A stretch of 64,000 nt of DNA, taken from assembly GCA_051362555.1 (NCBI GenBank), contig CM120648.1:5576587-5640586 (forward strand). The letters are read 5' to 3'. This document shows, piece by piece, positions 30,601-44,700 of the stretch. Under the pieces are notes generated by a model. That model was not told the DNA's origin. It worked only from the letters and a program-made list of their open reading frames with translations, and made no database searches. The translations under genes were made by a program, and so were the position numbers. Numbering within the stretch: position 1 is the first letter of the stretch; every line of letters begins with the position of its first letter. The stretch is from Lingula anatina. Lineage: Eukaryota; Animalia; Brachiopoda.

Positions 30601-32813
30601 TTAATTCTGCTTAGTCATTTTTTGAGATAAAAAGTGTTTTTTTCTGTAAGTGGTAAATGTGCGTAGAAATATTTATATTTATTTATAACCTTTTTGTATC
30701 CTGATCTATATTATTAATGTGTGAATATATTTTAAAATTTTATTTGTATTAAAATCAGAATTATCCCACCTTTAACTCTCCTTTCTACTCCTGCAAAACA
30801 GTTTATTTAGTGTAATATCTTGCTCTAGGCCAAAGCTCCATCAGCTTTAAGTCCTCGTGACCCTTCTGTGGCAGAGCTGCGGGAAATCTGGGAGACTATG
30901 ATGCATACAGCAGACAGTGGGAGGAGCTTTGTCACAGTGGTCACCTCTTCATTTCCAACAACAAAGGTTTGATCACTGATTGATTGATTGTAGATTTTTT
31001 TTTTTTTACTTAATTGAAAATTCCATGTTTTTTTTTTTTTTCAAAATTTTGTGGGATTTTTTAAATCTCTCAATCCAAGAGTTTTTTAATACTTCAAGCA
31101 ATGTTAGATAATTGTTTCCATTGACAATATTTTAATTTAATTTTCTGAATGGATGATTTTACACCTCACGCATAGTATACACATTTTTCAACTTCAAGGA
31201 CCAAGGAATCAAGAATTTCTATTATTTTATGAATTAAAAGTTTGGCATTGCAATAAAATATATACTAGAAGAGGACAATTATTACTGTAATATGTCGAGA
31301 CCAGAGATGGATAATTTCTTGCATTTGTCTTGCTTTACTTGTTATTCTGTAATTTTGGGAAAGGGGAGGGGTGTTACATGACCCACTATGCCCCACCCCT
31401 GGTCCCTCTACTGTCATTTTTTATGTATAAAGTCCAGTTTTCTTTCAGGATCAGGACAGTCTGAGGCAGGAACTGGACAGTGTCAGATTCTTTGATGTGT
31501 TTGAGTTTAATGGCAGTCAGCGATGCTGGGCATGTTTCCTGTGTAACCACCCAGAGAAGGCAACAGGCTTGTTACAAGATGGACACCCAATTATTGCTGT
31601 ATGTGAATGAATTAAGCTGGAAATCATTTCACTTTTACTGGGAGTGGATTTTAAATCAGTGTTTCTGATGAAAGTTTGTATTGCTTGGGGTATTTCCTAG
31701 GCAACTATTGTGAAACTTAGATCTGCCACGATGAGCTCTTTTTTAATTCATTGTGAAAATGTAACTATTTCTTATGGGATGTATCCCTCATATATTTTAG
31801 CACCATGGTAATAAATAACCATAATAACATTATTTAGATAAAGTTTATATTCAACATGTTCACAGGTTACAATTAAGAGATAGTGGGTGATATGTAGTGA
31901 TCTGCAGGTAAAATGTACTTAAGAACCTGTTAAGAAATGCATATTTATATACATCTAGGAAAATTTATGCTTGTTTTTTTTTCAGGGTCATCTGAAAGAG
32001 AAGAAAGGTCGCTGGAAATTCTTCAAACGCTGGAAAACGAGATATTTTACTTTGTCTGGTTCAACAATGACATATTCTGTTAGTAAAGGAGGGGTGGTAA
32101 GGATCTCTTTTGCCAACATAATTTACTTTTTACAAAAAAAAGGTTTTAATGACCCTTCATATTAAAATAAAAGAAGGAGTCACTGGTTTTGATTCAAAAA
32201 CTCTCCATGGTGTGTGGCTGGAACTTTTTCAGGAGGACTGAGGCCGAGGAAAGGGGGGGGGGAGCAGCCCAATAGCCCCATTCATGAAGATGACTGAAAA
32301 TCACAAATATGTATTGTAAAAAGAATTATGATGATATTTCTGATGATTGAAACAACTTTTACCCTGGTGTATTTAAAAGTTGATTATATGACATTACATG
32401 ACATTTTCCTTACTGGTGTATTTTATTAATTTAGAAAGGATATGATGGATATTTAACAAAATCAATGTTTGCTTATCATTTTGTTTTAAAATCCATCAAC
32501 ACTTGGCTTTCTTGGGGCCTACACCATGTACAAAGTATTTGTTTCATTCCAGACCCAAGAAACGTATCTTCCAATCAACAAGATCCAGAGTGTGAAAGCC
32601 ATCAAGAAGGGCTCGAGAGACATTCCACGAGCTTTTGAGATATTTGCCAATGATCAGAAGTTTATTCTAAAACCAAAAGAACGCAAGTGTGCTGAACAGT
32701 GGGTCCAGTGTATTCACATAGCAGTAGCCAGGTCGCACAAGTCGCCCTCTTCAGGACCCCCAATTCCAGAGCAGTTTTTACTGGAACAGGAGACTAAAGT
32801 TAGCCGTCTTTGA
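18376..32813 (+). CDS. VEPH1: Ventricular zone-expressed PH-domain protein / Melted
   Basis: [65 protein letters not shown], and a C-terminal PH domain [25 protein letters not shown]...DIPRAFEIF. About 14 GT-AG coding exons. Confidence 0.95.
22843..23242 (+). mobile_element. Interspersed element (same family as 9836-10071) inserted just after the nested TRIM stop codon
   Basis: aactagaaaagcactcagaaagcgcagacctacaccaaggcagc...(gaca)n...ggggtgaaa; absent from the paralogous position near 35650. Confidence 0.7.
23268..25249 (-). pseudogene. TRIM-NHL (RING-Bbox-Bbox-coiled coil-NHL) copy with a 4-bp deletion frameshift, nested antisense in a VEPH1 intron
   Basis: ORFs 24572-25249 and 23268-24533 align end to end with the intact 35677-37629 protein. 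GAC AAG GTA AAG CCA in the intact copy is GAC TT AAA CCA here (deletion at about 24619/24620). Confidence 0.85.
28440..29625 (+). repeat. 40-bp minisatellite (about 30 copies) derived from a VEPH1 exon end plus donor site
   Basis: Unit aacaacaacagtacctctacctctacacag|gtaaatatat; the first unit overlaps the coding NNSTSTSTQ exon end at 28468. Confidence 0.97.
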
Positions 32814-35676
32814 TAAAATTATTTTTATTTCCCCATAAAAGCACTGTCCCATTCATTTACACAAAAGATCTGCACTTGGTCTATATAAGTGAAAAAAATC
32901 AACTTCAAAAAGCAAAAATTTTGAAGTGAAATGGTTTTTCACATTGGTATTACGCAAGGTGCCCTTTTCAGGGCCACCCATATTCCTGTTCCAGTAAATA
33001 GGAGATTAAATTTAACCTTATATAAACAAGTACTATGTTCTGTATATCCTTCAAATTTGGTCATATCAGAAATTATATTTGTACTTGAGCCTTACTCTTA
33101 AATGATTTACCACTAAAAACATCAACTTGTCAAAGGAAAAACAGTTCTCTTACAAACTGGAAACTAAGAATATTTATCTCTAAGATCAAAATGTTTTCAG
33201 GTTTTCTTTACACTTATGCAGCACTTTTCACAAGTCACCAAGATGAATGGATTTTTTAAGTGGTTGTGATGCAAAATTAGCTGTTTAGGAATCAAATTTT
33301 TTTTAAGACATCAAATTTACTTTTTATATTAGGAAGTTTCACTACCCCCACCCCCACTGAAAGTGTATGTAGCCATGTATATATAGCTATGCAATATAAT
33401 ATGTACATATATGTCAGGTGCACATATGGTGTATGGAAGAAAAAGAAAATAATGCACAAATTTAGTGAAATGATACAACCAGTAGCGATCTATTAATTGT
33501 TACATGTAAATGGTGTGGATCTTTCCCACAGTTTTTATAGTGTGTAGTTATAGTGTATAATGCATTTATGTATATCTGTATGCTAGCATAGATATCAAAT
33601 ATCACTGTATATGCATTCAGAAAGTGCAATAGAATTCTATGTAATACTATGTACCTGTATTTTATATATATTAACTAGCTGTAGAAATTTTATAATAGAT
33701 ATAGATATTTCATATTTATTCCAAGTGAGTAGAAGAGAGGGGAGGCAGTGTATGCATGCTTGCAAAGGTATGGAACTAAAAAAATTATGATTCTTTTTCT
33801 ACAAATCACCCAAGAAATTTTGTTTTTATAGCTCATTTTACATATCTTGATTGAAGGCATAAATTTTGAGGTGGTAAAACCATGTGTAAGGTGAATAAAA
33901 GTCATTGCTCATTTCTTTGGTACAAAATTTTTTATGAAGTAATTTTTACAGTTGGAAATGAGAAAGTTTGGAATTGAGGAGAATTGGGAATTGAGAAAAT
34001 GCATTTTCTAGCTGCATTGTTTTATGAAACTGTCACACAATAATAGCAAACATTCTCTGGAAAAAAAGGTCAAGGTCTATGAATTTCCAATTTGAATTGA
34101 ATTATTGATGTTAGCTGATTTTTTCAAGAATATTAACATTTTGCTGCATCATTTGTTTGAGAATTATGTTTTTCAATTTCTTATATATGACTTCAATTTT
34201 ACTTTTTTTTCATGAAATGTACAAGATATTTGACATTTTGAAATGTTTTGCTTTATACACAAGCTTGCATGCAATATTATTTATGATAAGTCTTATTATA
34301 TTTTGTTTAATTTAACTGTGGCATGACTGATTAAAAATATCTCTATTATATAATAGTAGCTTTGAAAATGGTAAAAAGATAATTTTCATTTTTTAAATCA
34401 ATTAAAGTATGTCTTTAGGTAGTGCTGTGTATAAATTGCTATCATATTATTGAAACTTTCGTGAAATGTCCAGAAACGAAGCTATGATATCAATCAAATA
34501 AACGAGAAAGATGACAGAAAAAGCGGGCCGAGGTGGTGTGGACTGGCAGGAGGGACGTGGATTAATTGAGGGCGTTGCCAGGAACAGGTCAAGGGGGGGG
34601 GGGGGGGGGGGAAAGGGGGGAGATCTCTACTTCCAGGAGTAAAAGATAGGTGGAGTTATGATCATCAAATGGGTTTAATGTTCTGTTTGTTACAGTACTT
34701 CCAAACATATTAGTTACAAAGTATCAGTTTTATTTACGATGTTTATCACATTTTTTGTGCTGCTGTCCTTTCACTCGCCTGGTTTCAAATATATCATTTG
34801 ATTGATTAAATTTGAATAATGTTTATTGAATATTTGTACAAAAAGGGCCTATATATTGACACAATATTTCTATTTTTCATTGAATAATTATTTTTCCTAA
34901 AAGTTCTCAATGATGCAAAAGGTTGTGTTATATTTTTCATTGTTTAAGGAGTCATAAAAATAGATTTTTTACTTTTTATCTTTCTGTCTGCTTTGGTATA
35001 GAGCATGTATATCTATATGTTAGTATATGCTATTTACAAATAAACAATATCAAGTTTCCAAACATAATTTTTGTATCGTTTGCTTAATAATTCCCAATAA
35101 ATTTTCCATCAGGTATTAAAAATGTAACATGGAAAACTGGAAGAAATATTTAATAATAAAAATATTGCATATTTAATACACTGTCTCAGATGAAACCTTA
35201 ATTAGACTCAATTTTGGGACAATTTCTTTCCAAATGTGAAAAAATAATCCTCATAGTTTCATCTTTATTATCTTTGTCATACAATCTGGATGTATTGAAT
35301 GTGCTGCCATCTATGGTTGACAGAGAGGTCTGCAGTGCTGCCCTCTACTGTCTTATTGGTGCTGAAGATAAGCATATTATTCAATTATGGTATAAAAACA
35401 AACATCAGTTGTTACTGGTGCTGCAGGCAATTGTCTGATTCCTGTCATCACATGCACTAAATAGCCTGTAAATGAACATCTTCAAGAAATATCTCACACA
35501 GTCATATCTTACATTTCTTTACATGCGCATATTATCAGCATTTCATTATATGGAAAAGATCCTTTTCATGTCATTTGTGCAATACAAAATTTTAATTTAT
35601 TCATAATATAATACCATTTTTGTGAAATAGACAAAAAAACTTCATAATGTTCAGTTTCTGAGCATTTTAAAGCACG

Positions 35677-37629
35677 TCACATTTCCAAGTATTGAAATAC
35701 TTTCACTTTCCCATCAAGTTCAGTCACAACCAGATCTCCATCTTGGTTGATTGCACATCCCCATGGTTTATATAGTCCATCAGCTTTGGTTGCTATGTAC
35801 TGGATGAACTTCCCATCTTGGGATACAAGGTGTATACAGTTGTTATCATAATCAGAAACCAGTATGTTGTCATATGCATCAACACAGACACCACGATGTT
35901 GACCTAACTTGTTTTCAGGTCCTGTGTACTGATACAGTGGGTCACCAGATGGGGTTAGGATGTGAAGTTGGTTTGATGTATCACTGACAACAAGGGACTC
36001 GTTACTCATATATGCCACTTTATATGGTGAATTGAACAACTGTTTCCCATCTTTGTCTTTTATCACATCAGTTAAAGTTATTTGCCCTTTGGTATCAATA
36101 CTGAACACACTCACAGACCTTTTTTTCTCACCCTGTGCCACAGCAATCTTAGTGCAGTTGTCATTGAGAGCCACACCCCATGGGTTGTTGACATCTACAG
36201 TTTGCTGTACATTGCACTGTGGTGACAAGATGAACAGTTTGTTATTGTCTCTACAGGCTAGAACCATCCTTCCATCAGGGAAGTGACAAATCCCTACTGG
36301 CCATTTCATTTTTGTGTCTGAAATATTTGTGATCTCCTTGCTAAATGTACCATCTGAACTAAAAACCTTTACCTTATTTTTGACGTCATGTGTAGTAACA
36401 TAATTCCCATTTGGACTCACTGAAATGTCGACTGGTCTCCAACAGCCAGTGTCAAACTCCAGCATACATTCAGCCTGTGGTTTAAACTTGGGCAAAGCTG
36501 GTTGTCTAGATATCTGCACATTCCCCAGGCCATCCCCACTGGATATCTCTTGGTCCACTTCCGAGTTGGTGGAAAATGTGAGATTTACTTCTTCGGGAAT
36601 TTCCTCCACAGCTGAAGTGAACCATAGTTCATCTAGTTTCTGTCCATGTTGGTGTTGTAACATGAGGACATCTATGGGGGCACCATGCTTAAGGATGTTC
36701 TTTACTACATCTGTTGCGGTTTTGATGGAGGAGCACGTGGCACTGCAGTTATTGCGGAAAGTTTGTAATTTTTTCTTGTGAGTGCTGGTTTCTTGGCAAA
36801 GCTCCTGTAGTAAGGTCTTCTCTTTTTGATCTACCAGGTGGCGTAGGTGAGCTGCCCGATCTTTTATCTGCTGCTGGACAGAGCTTTCATTTTCTTGGAG
36901 TTTTGCCAATGTAACATCAATTTTAAGTAATGTTTTCTCACCTTTAGATAATTTTCTCTCAATCCCACGAAATTTTGTCTGCATTTGTGGCTTTACCTTG
37001 TCTGCAGCTTTTTCAGGGGAGATGACTTTGTGACCATCATGGTGTAGATCTCTGCAGTCACAACAAATGGGGACTTCACAGTCTGAACAAAAGTATCTTA
37101 TCATCTCATCTTTGTGCTCAGGGCAGAAAATCTTTTGCTGCTCTTGGATTTCTTTTTTGTATTCTTTGCTCTGTAGCTGTTGGAAAGTGAGCACTCTATG
37201 ATCTTTTGTGAACTTCGTGCCACAGTGTAATATGGAACACCTCTCACATAGGTAGTCGTGGCAGTTGATACATTTTGATGTTGCTACAGTTTCAGTTTGT
37301 GAAGTTAAGGCACAAAAGCCACACTTTTTGTTATGTATTGGCTGAAGTACAGTGTCCTGCAGGCTTTCAATGAAGAAATTGTGAGTGAAGCCCTCAAGTC
37401 CATCTTTAGGTACTTTAGTTTCTTTCTGACACACGGGACATTGTAATTTACTTCCTGGAGTTAAGTCAGGTATATAAGTCTTCAGACAACCTTTGCAAAA
37501 TGTATGCCTACATGGTAAATCTGTCGGATCTTTGTACTCCTCAAGGCATAATGGACAGCTGATAAAATGTTCAGTTATTTTGGTTCGTAGGCTTTCTTCG
37601 TCATCTCTGCTTACACAAGCTGTAGCCAT
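35677..37629 (-). CDS. Intact TRIM-NHL E3 ligase (TRIM2/3/56/71-like, no filamin domain), single coding exon, 650 aa
   Basis: [27 protein letters not shown], two B-boxes, a coiled coil and NHL repeats ([22 protein letters not shown]). Probable 5'UTR exon with donor CAC|GTAGGC near 38058. Confidence 0.93.
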   Translation of the reverse strand: MATACVSRDDEESLRTKITEHFISCPLCLEEYKDPTDLPCRHTFCKGCLKTYIPDLTPGSKLQCPVCQKETKVPKDGLEGFTHNFFIESLQDTVLQPIHNKKCGFCALTSQTETVATSKCINCHDYLCERCSILHCGTKFTKDHRVLTFQQLQSKEYKKEIQEQQKIFCPEHKDEMIRYFCSDCEVPICCDCRDLHHDGHKVISPEKAADKVKPQMQTKFRGIERKLSKGEKTLLKIDVTLAKLQENESSVQQQIKDRAAHLRHLVDQKEKTLLQELCQETSTHKKKLQTFRNNCSATCSSIKTATDVVKNILKHGAPIDVLMLQHQHGQKLDELWFTSAVEEIPEEVNLTFSTNSEVDQEISSGDGLGNVQISRQPALPKFKPQAECMLEFDTGCWRPVDISVSPNGNYVTTHDVKNKVKVFSSDGTFSKEITNISDTKMKWPVGICHFPDGRMVLACRDNNKLFILSPQCNVQQTVDVNNPWGVALNDNCTKIAVAQGEKKRSVSVFSIDTKGQITLTDVIKDKDGKQLFNSPYKVAYMSNESLVVSDTSNQLHILTPSGDPLYQYTGPENKLGQHRGVCVDAYDNILVSDYDNNCIHLVSQDGKFIQYIATKADGLYKPWGCAINQDGDLVVTELDGKVKVFQYLEM

Positions 37630-38741
37630 CTTGGGGGTGTGGAACAAACTGTTCTTTGTAGAGCAGAGTTATATATTATCTATGCACCAGTTAGCTGTCT
37701 TTTAAGGCCAGGGTAGTTTGTTTTTGCATTTCACTGACAATTTTCTTTTTGGAAATTAATGATATAATTAGTGTTTTATTGAATTTATGCACATTTGAAA
37801 AAAATTTTGTGGTATTATTATTAAAATATTGTTAGAATATTAGAAAATAAATATGTTCTGAAAAATAATATACTAACAGTTTCAGACAAAGGCTTGGTTG
37901 TCATTAAAATTCAGTATGAAATTTTAGAATCCAGGAAATTTTCGAGTTGTCCTAATCTGTTAATATGATTGCATGCGATAAGAGTCTAGCTAATGATCTA
38001 TTCGCTTCATTTATGATTTTCCATAGAGTCAACATACATGTACATGTGACTGGCCTACGTGATGTTTGTCACCAAGTGCCTCAGGTCTCTGTCAACAAGA
38101 TAAGCTGAATACTGCTGTCGTCTATGGCATGAGTGTTTTCATCATGTGACTGTATGAGTTCACAGTACTGTCAGTGGATTCATAAGGAAAGAAAAAGGAG
38201 AATAATATTGCTACACTCTATTCTGATACCCTAAATCCATGTTCTGTCCTGTAAGTGAAGGAAAAACAACAATGGTTGGAAAAGAATAGTGCATAGACTT
38301 AATTATAGTATATTAGAAATTGAAAGGGATAATAACTGTTCGTTTTGGCCAAAAAAATGAATTTTGAATGACTAGAGTTGTAAATAAAATTTAAATTCCA
38401 TCTTTTATTCTATGGAAACTTAAACAGAATGTGGAATCTTCCCATTGTAAACAGTAATGCTGTTCAAAAGGCAGTACAAATTCAATGCTGCTCATACTTT
38501 TATCTTTATCAAATATCTTTGGATAAGAAAACTGAATTGATTAAATGTGCTGCCACCTATAGTTGAAAGACAGGTATGCAGTGCTGGCCTCTATTGTTTT
38601 ATTCCAGGCAGAATATTATCTGCCTCACCTCATGCTCCAGGAGGAGCAAAGGAGATATGTTTATCAACAAATACATATGATGCTATGTGAACTTCATGTC
38701 TATATGTTTTAGAGCTGGTGGCCAGCTATTATTATAAATGT

Positions 38742-41700
38742 TTATTCCCACTTGAGGGAGCTACCGTAGAAAGCCTGGACCACCAGCTGAGCCATACGGA
38801 GCACATTTTGGAAACCGCTACTCCACTCCTTAGATGCAGTTTTCTGGACTTGTCTGAAATTAGAATAATGTCATGTTTTGTTCAATAAGTGTTATCACCA
38901 GCTATATACAAATACTATAATTGTGTACAAATGTGCTACATTGAAAGGATCCCTTTGGTAACAGGTTCTGTAAAATATCCTAGTAAAAACTAAATCAAAT
39001 GATACTTTATTGAGGTTAGTGTAGTAAATGTATGTGACTATTGAACATGTAGCTTTATGTATAAGAATTGATGACCAATATGTTCTCTGCATCAAGTTAA
39101 AATACATGATATGACAGAGAGAGAGGGAGAAAGAGAGAGAGAGAGACTGCAACATTTACCTTCTTAGAAACTTCAATGTCAGGTCCACCATCTCCAAGTT
39201 CTTGTCCTCCACAAGTTCAGAAACATATTGCACAATTATGTCCAAGTCCTCTTCAACTGGAGCTGCAAATACCAACCAGTGAAAAATGAGTAACTGTACA
39301 AAATAAAATACTTGTGCTTTAATAATAATGATGATAGTCTGCAACACTGAATGCAAACTGTTCATGTTCTATTTTTGAATTACTAACATATTCCTTACCC
39401 TTTCAATAAGTGACAAATATTAGCATTACCTTAAAAATCTAAGTACTGTAGAGATACCAGTCCCAGAAACATACGAATACAAATTTTTTTTCGATTATCT
39501 ACTCAGCTTTTTTTTATTAACAGACAGTCTAAAATAGTTCATTTTAATTCTAAGTAAAATTACATCCCCTACAACCAACCTGTCATTGATTGCACCCACT
39601 CCATCAGTAGAGTTTTAACTTCACACCATGTCACTGCACCACAGAGATTCACAGCAGGCTTGTCTTGCTCCACAGTGACCCCTTTTGTTTGCACCGACCC
39701 CACGCCACCTGGTGTTTTGTTACTGCTGTTCATCTGTTACGTGTAAATTCAAATCAAGGATAGTTATCCAATGGTAAAGGTTTTAATTACTTTTATATAT
39801 TTTGAAATGAATACTTCAATAGCTCACAAGAAAAATATAGAAAACAAAACTTGTTACAGTTATCCTATGAAGGAAATCACTTGCCACCATTTGCAATAAA
39901 ATAAATAAATGTAAAAGATTAAAAAAATACAGAAGGCAATACCTGATTTCTGGTTTGTTCCGTTACTACACCTTTAGCTGGTTGATTCATCACACTACTG
40001 ATCTTCGGCTGATTGGTAAAATTCAGCTTCTTTGGGCTGAGCTTTTTGTGTTTGCCTGGCTTCCCATGGGGGACCTAATGTAAATATCAAGTTGTAACAC
40101 AAATACATATAGGGCTAATTCCCAACTGAAACAATCTGTCCAAGTAAATATCAGGTTGTAACACAAATACATAGGACTCATTCCCAACTGAAACAATCTG
40201 TCCAAGTAAATATCAGGTTGTAACACAAATACATAGGACTCATTCCCAACTGAAACAATCTGTCCAAGTAAATATCAGGTTGTAACACAAATACATAGGA
40301 CTCATTCCCAACTGAAACAATCAGTCTTAGTAAATTAATCCAGTTCTGCCAGGATTAATTCTCACTGAATGCAATCAGATTAACAGATCAACAGGTGTTG
40401 AGAAGAATATAAAAAAAGCTGGTGATTATACGAGTATATTGGAAACAAGAGGAGGCATGTGAATCTGTTTATCTGAAAGTAAACCCTTTCGAAACTGGTG
40501 GCTATTCAAAGGCTCAAGGGGGGGTCTAAAAATGGTCTGTTTTACCCATACAACATTGAGAAATTGCACTGAACCTTCATGAAATTTTTATTCAGAGCAG
40601 ACCTTTTTTTGACCATTTATTTTGAACCACCAAACTCCCTCTAGAAGCAGATGACCCCTTATAAGTTTATGATTATTGCAAACCTTGAACAGTGGGCTGC
40701 CCTTTTTCTTTCCAGCTCTGTTGGGTGAGGCATTTTTAGTTGGTGACTTTTCTTTTGACAACTGAAATAAATAAAAAAATTGAGATAACATATAATGAAT
40801 ACACTTTGGGTATTTAGAAGATATTTATAACATGAACACAGGCCTGGTGTACACACATTGGCACATGTACTGCAAATGAACACATCACAGGGCTTGACAT
40901 ACCTAATGGCATTAACTTCCCAGCGCAAGTAATTTCTGTTGTCCAGAAACTATAATTTTGCCGAACTTGTCCAAAAATGCAAGCGACATACTAATGAATC
41001 ACTTGCATGACACCTCTGTGTAATTCTCCAGAGAATCAAGAAAATCTGAATAAAGTAGTACCTTGCCGATCATTTATTTGTCCACTTTATGTCTACTGAT
41101 ATTTTAGTATCTACACAACACCGTCTCTCCATGCTCTTCTATCCCTACCCCCTGAGAGTGGGACAAGTAGATTTTCAGACCTACTTGCCCCCCAGGCAAG
41201 TACCTCAAAATAGTTTGTCAAGCCCTGACATCATGCAAAAAAAAGTGCAATAACAAATGTTGTGCTTCATAAACAATTATGCAGCAATGGAAAAAATCAC
41301 AAAATACACACCTGGGGTTTACAACTCTATTTGAAACTCCTCTTTATAAACATCAGTTGAGTCTATGCAAACACTAATAGCCTAATTACCCGTGTGCTTA
41401 GTGCAGTGAACCACATTAATAAAAATACTGTACTGATCCACTCCACTGGCAGGTTGTATTCACACCTGGGCTAACATATATGACATAAAATTGATACGAC
41501 AGGAATGGTAGTCTCCCCATACACTGACCCTGATACTTCCAGCTGACCCTTACCTTCAGCAGTCATGTAGTATTTAGGCCTTCTATTCCTAGGACTACAA
41601 TTCCTGTCTCTACGGCCCCACTCACAACAGCAAACAAACTAGTCCTCGTTTCAAAAGTGACCAACCTACTTGAATGCTTGTTACCCAATCCCCACCGGGA

Positions 41701-44700
41701 ATCTATTCAGTGTCTATTAGGGGATTAGGTGGGAAGTTTTTAAGTGGTTTGCCATGTTTTGATCTGCGGACTAGTTAGACAGCTGTTCTGAATGCAGCTT
41801 ATGTTTATTTTTACACAACCAAACCAAACTGGAAATGTCACATGTCAGTTTAAACATTCCACATAGATATACCGCAATGCACAAAACACAACACAGATCA
41901 CTCTGAGCACACCCTTTTTTTCCTCGATGAGTCTCCCGATTGCAGCATTTGGAACTAAAAAATCATCCATATATTCAGGTTATGCAAAAACTATCAATTA
42001 AAAAATTAAGAATGAGAAGGAATGAATCAAGAGTCTCTTCACAAAATGACTTTAAAATTTTTAAAATTCAGATCGTGGGACAAAAGAAACAAGTGTAGTA
42101 CAATGTAAAGTACAACAGCCCAGTTATATTTATATGATAAATACATGAATATTTTTCCATCTCTTTCAATGCACTCTAAGTTCTATCACATTTTCATCCA
42201 AAAGCAATTCCCTTTCTTCTTTTAATCTAAACAATTAATTAAACTTAGCTGTAAAAACATTTAAAATACTTGTTTATAAACAATGTGGCACTTGCCAGGA
42301 AGGGAAAGTGATAAAAGTTTTTTTTACCAGTTCTTGCTGCTGCTGTTTCTTTTCTTGTCTTTCATAGGCATCTTTAAGTTCCTTTTGCATTTCAGGTGGC
42401 AATGCATCAAAACAGCTCATATCAACCTGAAAATATGGTCATTTGTGAAGAGGGTTTATTGTTTGTTTGTTTGTCTGTTTGTTTATTTGAGGATAAATAA
42501 TGCTTATAAAAAACTGGGTTCTAGTTGTCAAAAAAGGCAAAATCATCTACTTATCCTTCTTTTCTGTTAGTGTTTTTAGAATAGAACTGAAGGTTACAGG
42601 ATTATCTAGAAAAACAATTATTTAAATAAAACACAATAACATCTGCTTGAAGCCAAATGAAAAAAAATACAAAATTGCTTATTATGTAGCAGTTTTTAAG
42701 GGAGCAACAACCTGTACCTGAGACAGAGAGGGAAGAGGGACAATGGGACCAGACAGATGCCTGGGCCTCTTCTCTGCGTCATCAACATCAATGTTTGTTT
42801 TATCTCTGGTGTCATTCTTAGTTGTAGACTGAGTGCTTGGTGGAGTGGGCACTCTCCAGTGTGAACAGCCTGGTAAAGGTTCTCCATCTTCAATAAATAT
42901 ATAATTAAATAACAGCAATGCAGTCAGAACAGGTTCACAAAGATGCAAAGTAACTTTTTTAATTTTTTAAATTTGTAATATACACAGCATGTTAAATGAA
43001 TTGCAATGATATTTTATGTGAAAATATCTGGCTGTCTAAGACTAATTTATAGTTTATTTGTGTATCGACTTTGTACCATTCTCTGCTGCCATCTTGGCAA
43101 GAGGTGCATTCTGGGTAAACGCAGCTGCAGTGGCTTTTTCTTTGTGGCTTTTGATCTGATTTTCTATCTGCTCTCTAATGTCTGGAGGCAGCTCTCTCAG
43201 TACCTCAGGGTCCACCTGTCTCCAGCAAATTGTACAAAAATTCAATGATGTCTCAAAAGGGTATTTTCAAACATTTTTTTTTAGTTTCAAACCTAACAGA
43301 GTGACAATACATTAATAACAGAATACAGTCAATGATGCCAAGAACATAAGTTACAAATTGTTTTTTTCTATATTTTTTCATACCAATTTTCCCTTATCTG
43401 CCCTTACCAGTATAATGAACACTTTCAAATTCATTATCTTCAATAAATTGAATCCTAAATACATACACGTACCTGAGATGGGGACGGCAGATAGGTCTCT
43501 GCCTCAGCCTGTACAGCGCGGGCCGTGGTCACAGGAACATTAAGGTTGGGGAGAGGGGGAAGGACACCCTTGGCAGTCTTCCTTCTGGTTAAAACAAAGC
43601 ATAAGAACAAATTATTAATTTTAAACACAACTTTGTATTCAACCTTAAAATCTACATGGCAGTCTACATATTTTTCTTATATATTATCAAATTATCCTGC
43701 TGACTATTAGAACTAAAGATCACAAAAAAGAGGCCAAGAACAAACTATTTTCTTGGTACAAAACTAATAAACAGTGCATATAGTCAACTACGTATATTGT
43801 TCCAATAGCAGTTTTTCTTTTTCTTTCTTTCTTTTTCTTTTTTTTTTTTTTTTTTTGGGGGGGGGGAGATTAAGACGTTTGTTTTCTCAGGTTATCACAA
43901 CTCTGACCCTACAATTAGCTTTAATCTTTTACAAAAATTTTCTGCTAACTGACTTAAAACAAGTAGTTTGAAGGCGTTCAGTGTTGCTTTACCTTGCCAA
44001 CTCAAACATGTCAGGTGTCTCTGCCATTTTCGTTCCTGAGTCCACAGTAACTTCAGCTTTGGTCTGTCTTGATGTACCTGAGACATTAGAGCCATCTTGC
44101 CCAGGTCCTGGTAACTGTTTTGTGTAAGCTAATATGCTTTGTTTCCCACCCCTCACTGTGGATTTGCCACTGTTGTCTTCCAGTTTGCTTACCTGGATTC
44201 CTATCTGGAAATGTAATACAATAGTTGTTCATGAGTATGAATGGCAAAATAATTTTATATGATCATGCAAAAACAAAATAATCAAATGTCTAAAATGGAA
44301 GGTTTAATGTTTGGGCACCAGATTTTTTTCTGCTTTTATTTATTACACTACATTAAATTTTAAAAAAAAGATTGAAAGAAATTATACTTTACCCCTCTGA
44401 AATCTTCTGCATCAATCTTAAGTTGACGTACAAGTTTGACACTCTCTTGTCCAATCAGATCTGCTTCATCAGTGACGGTTGCCAAGGTGACAGATTTGGC
44501 CAGGTTGTCACATACTCCATGTCCTAGTCATACAATAGTCACATGGTAAAAGCTAAGACTGGGTTCCGATACTTAGATCGATCCATCTGGATCAACCTAA
44601 CTCCCTGGGGGTTCATGCTATATTGCTATCAGCTCAAGAGGCTTAAATGTCTTTCACGCCTACCGAATTGGCTTGGAGTAAAGATAACCACCCCCTAACA

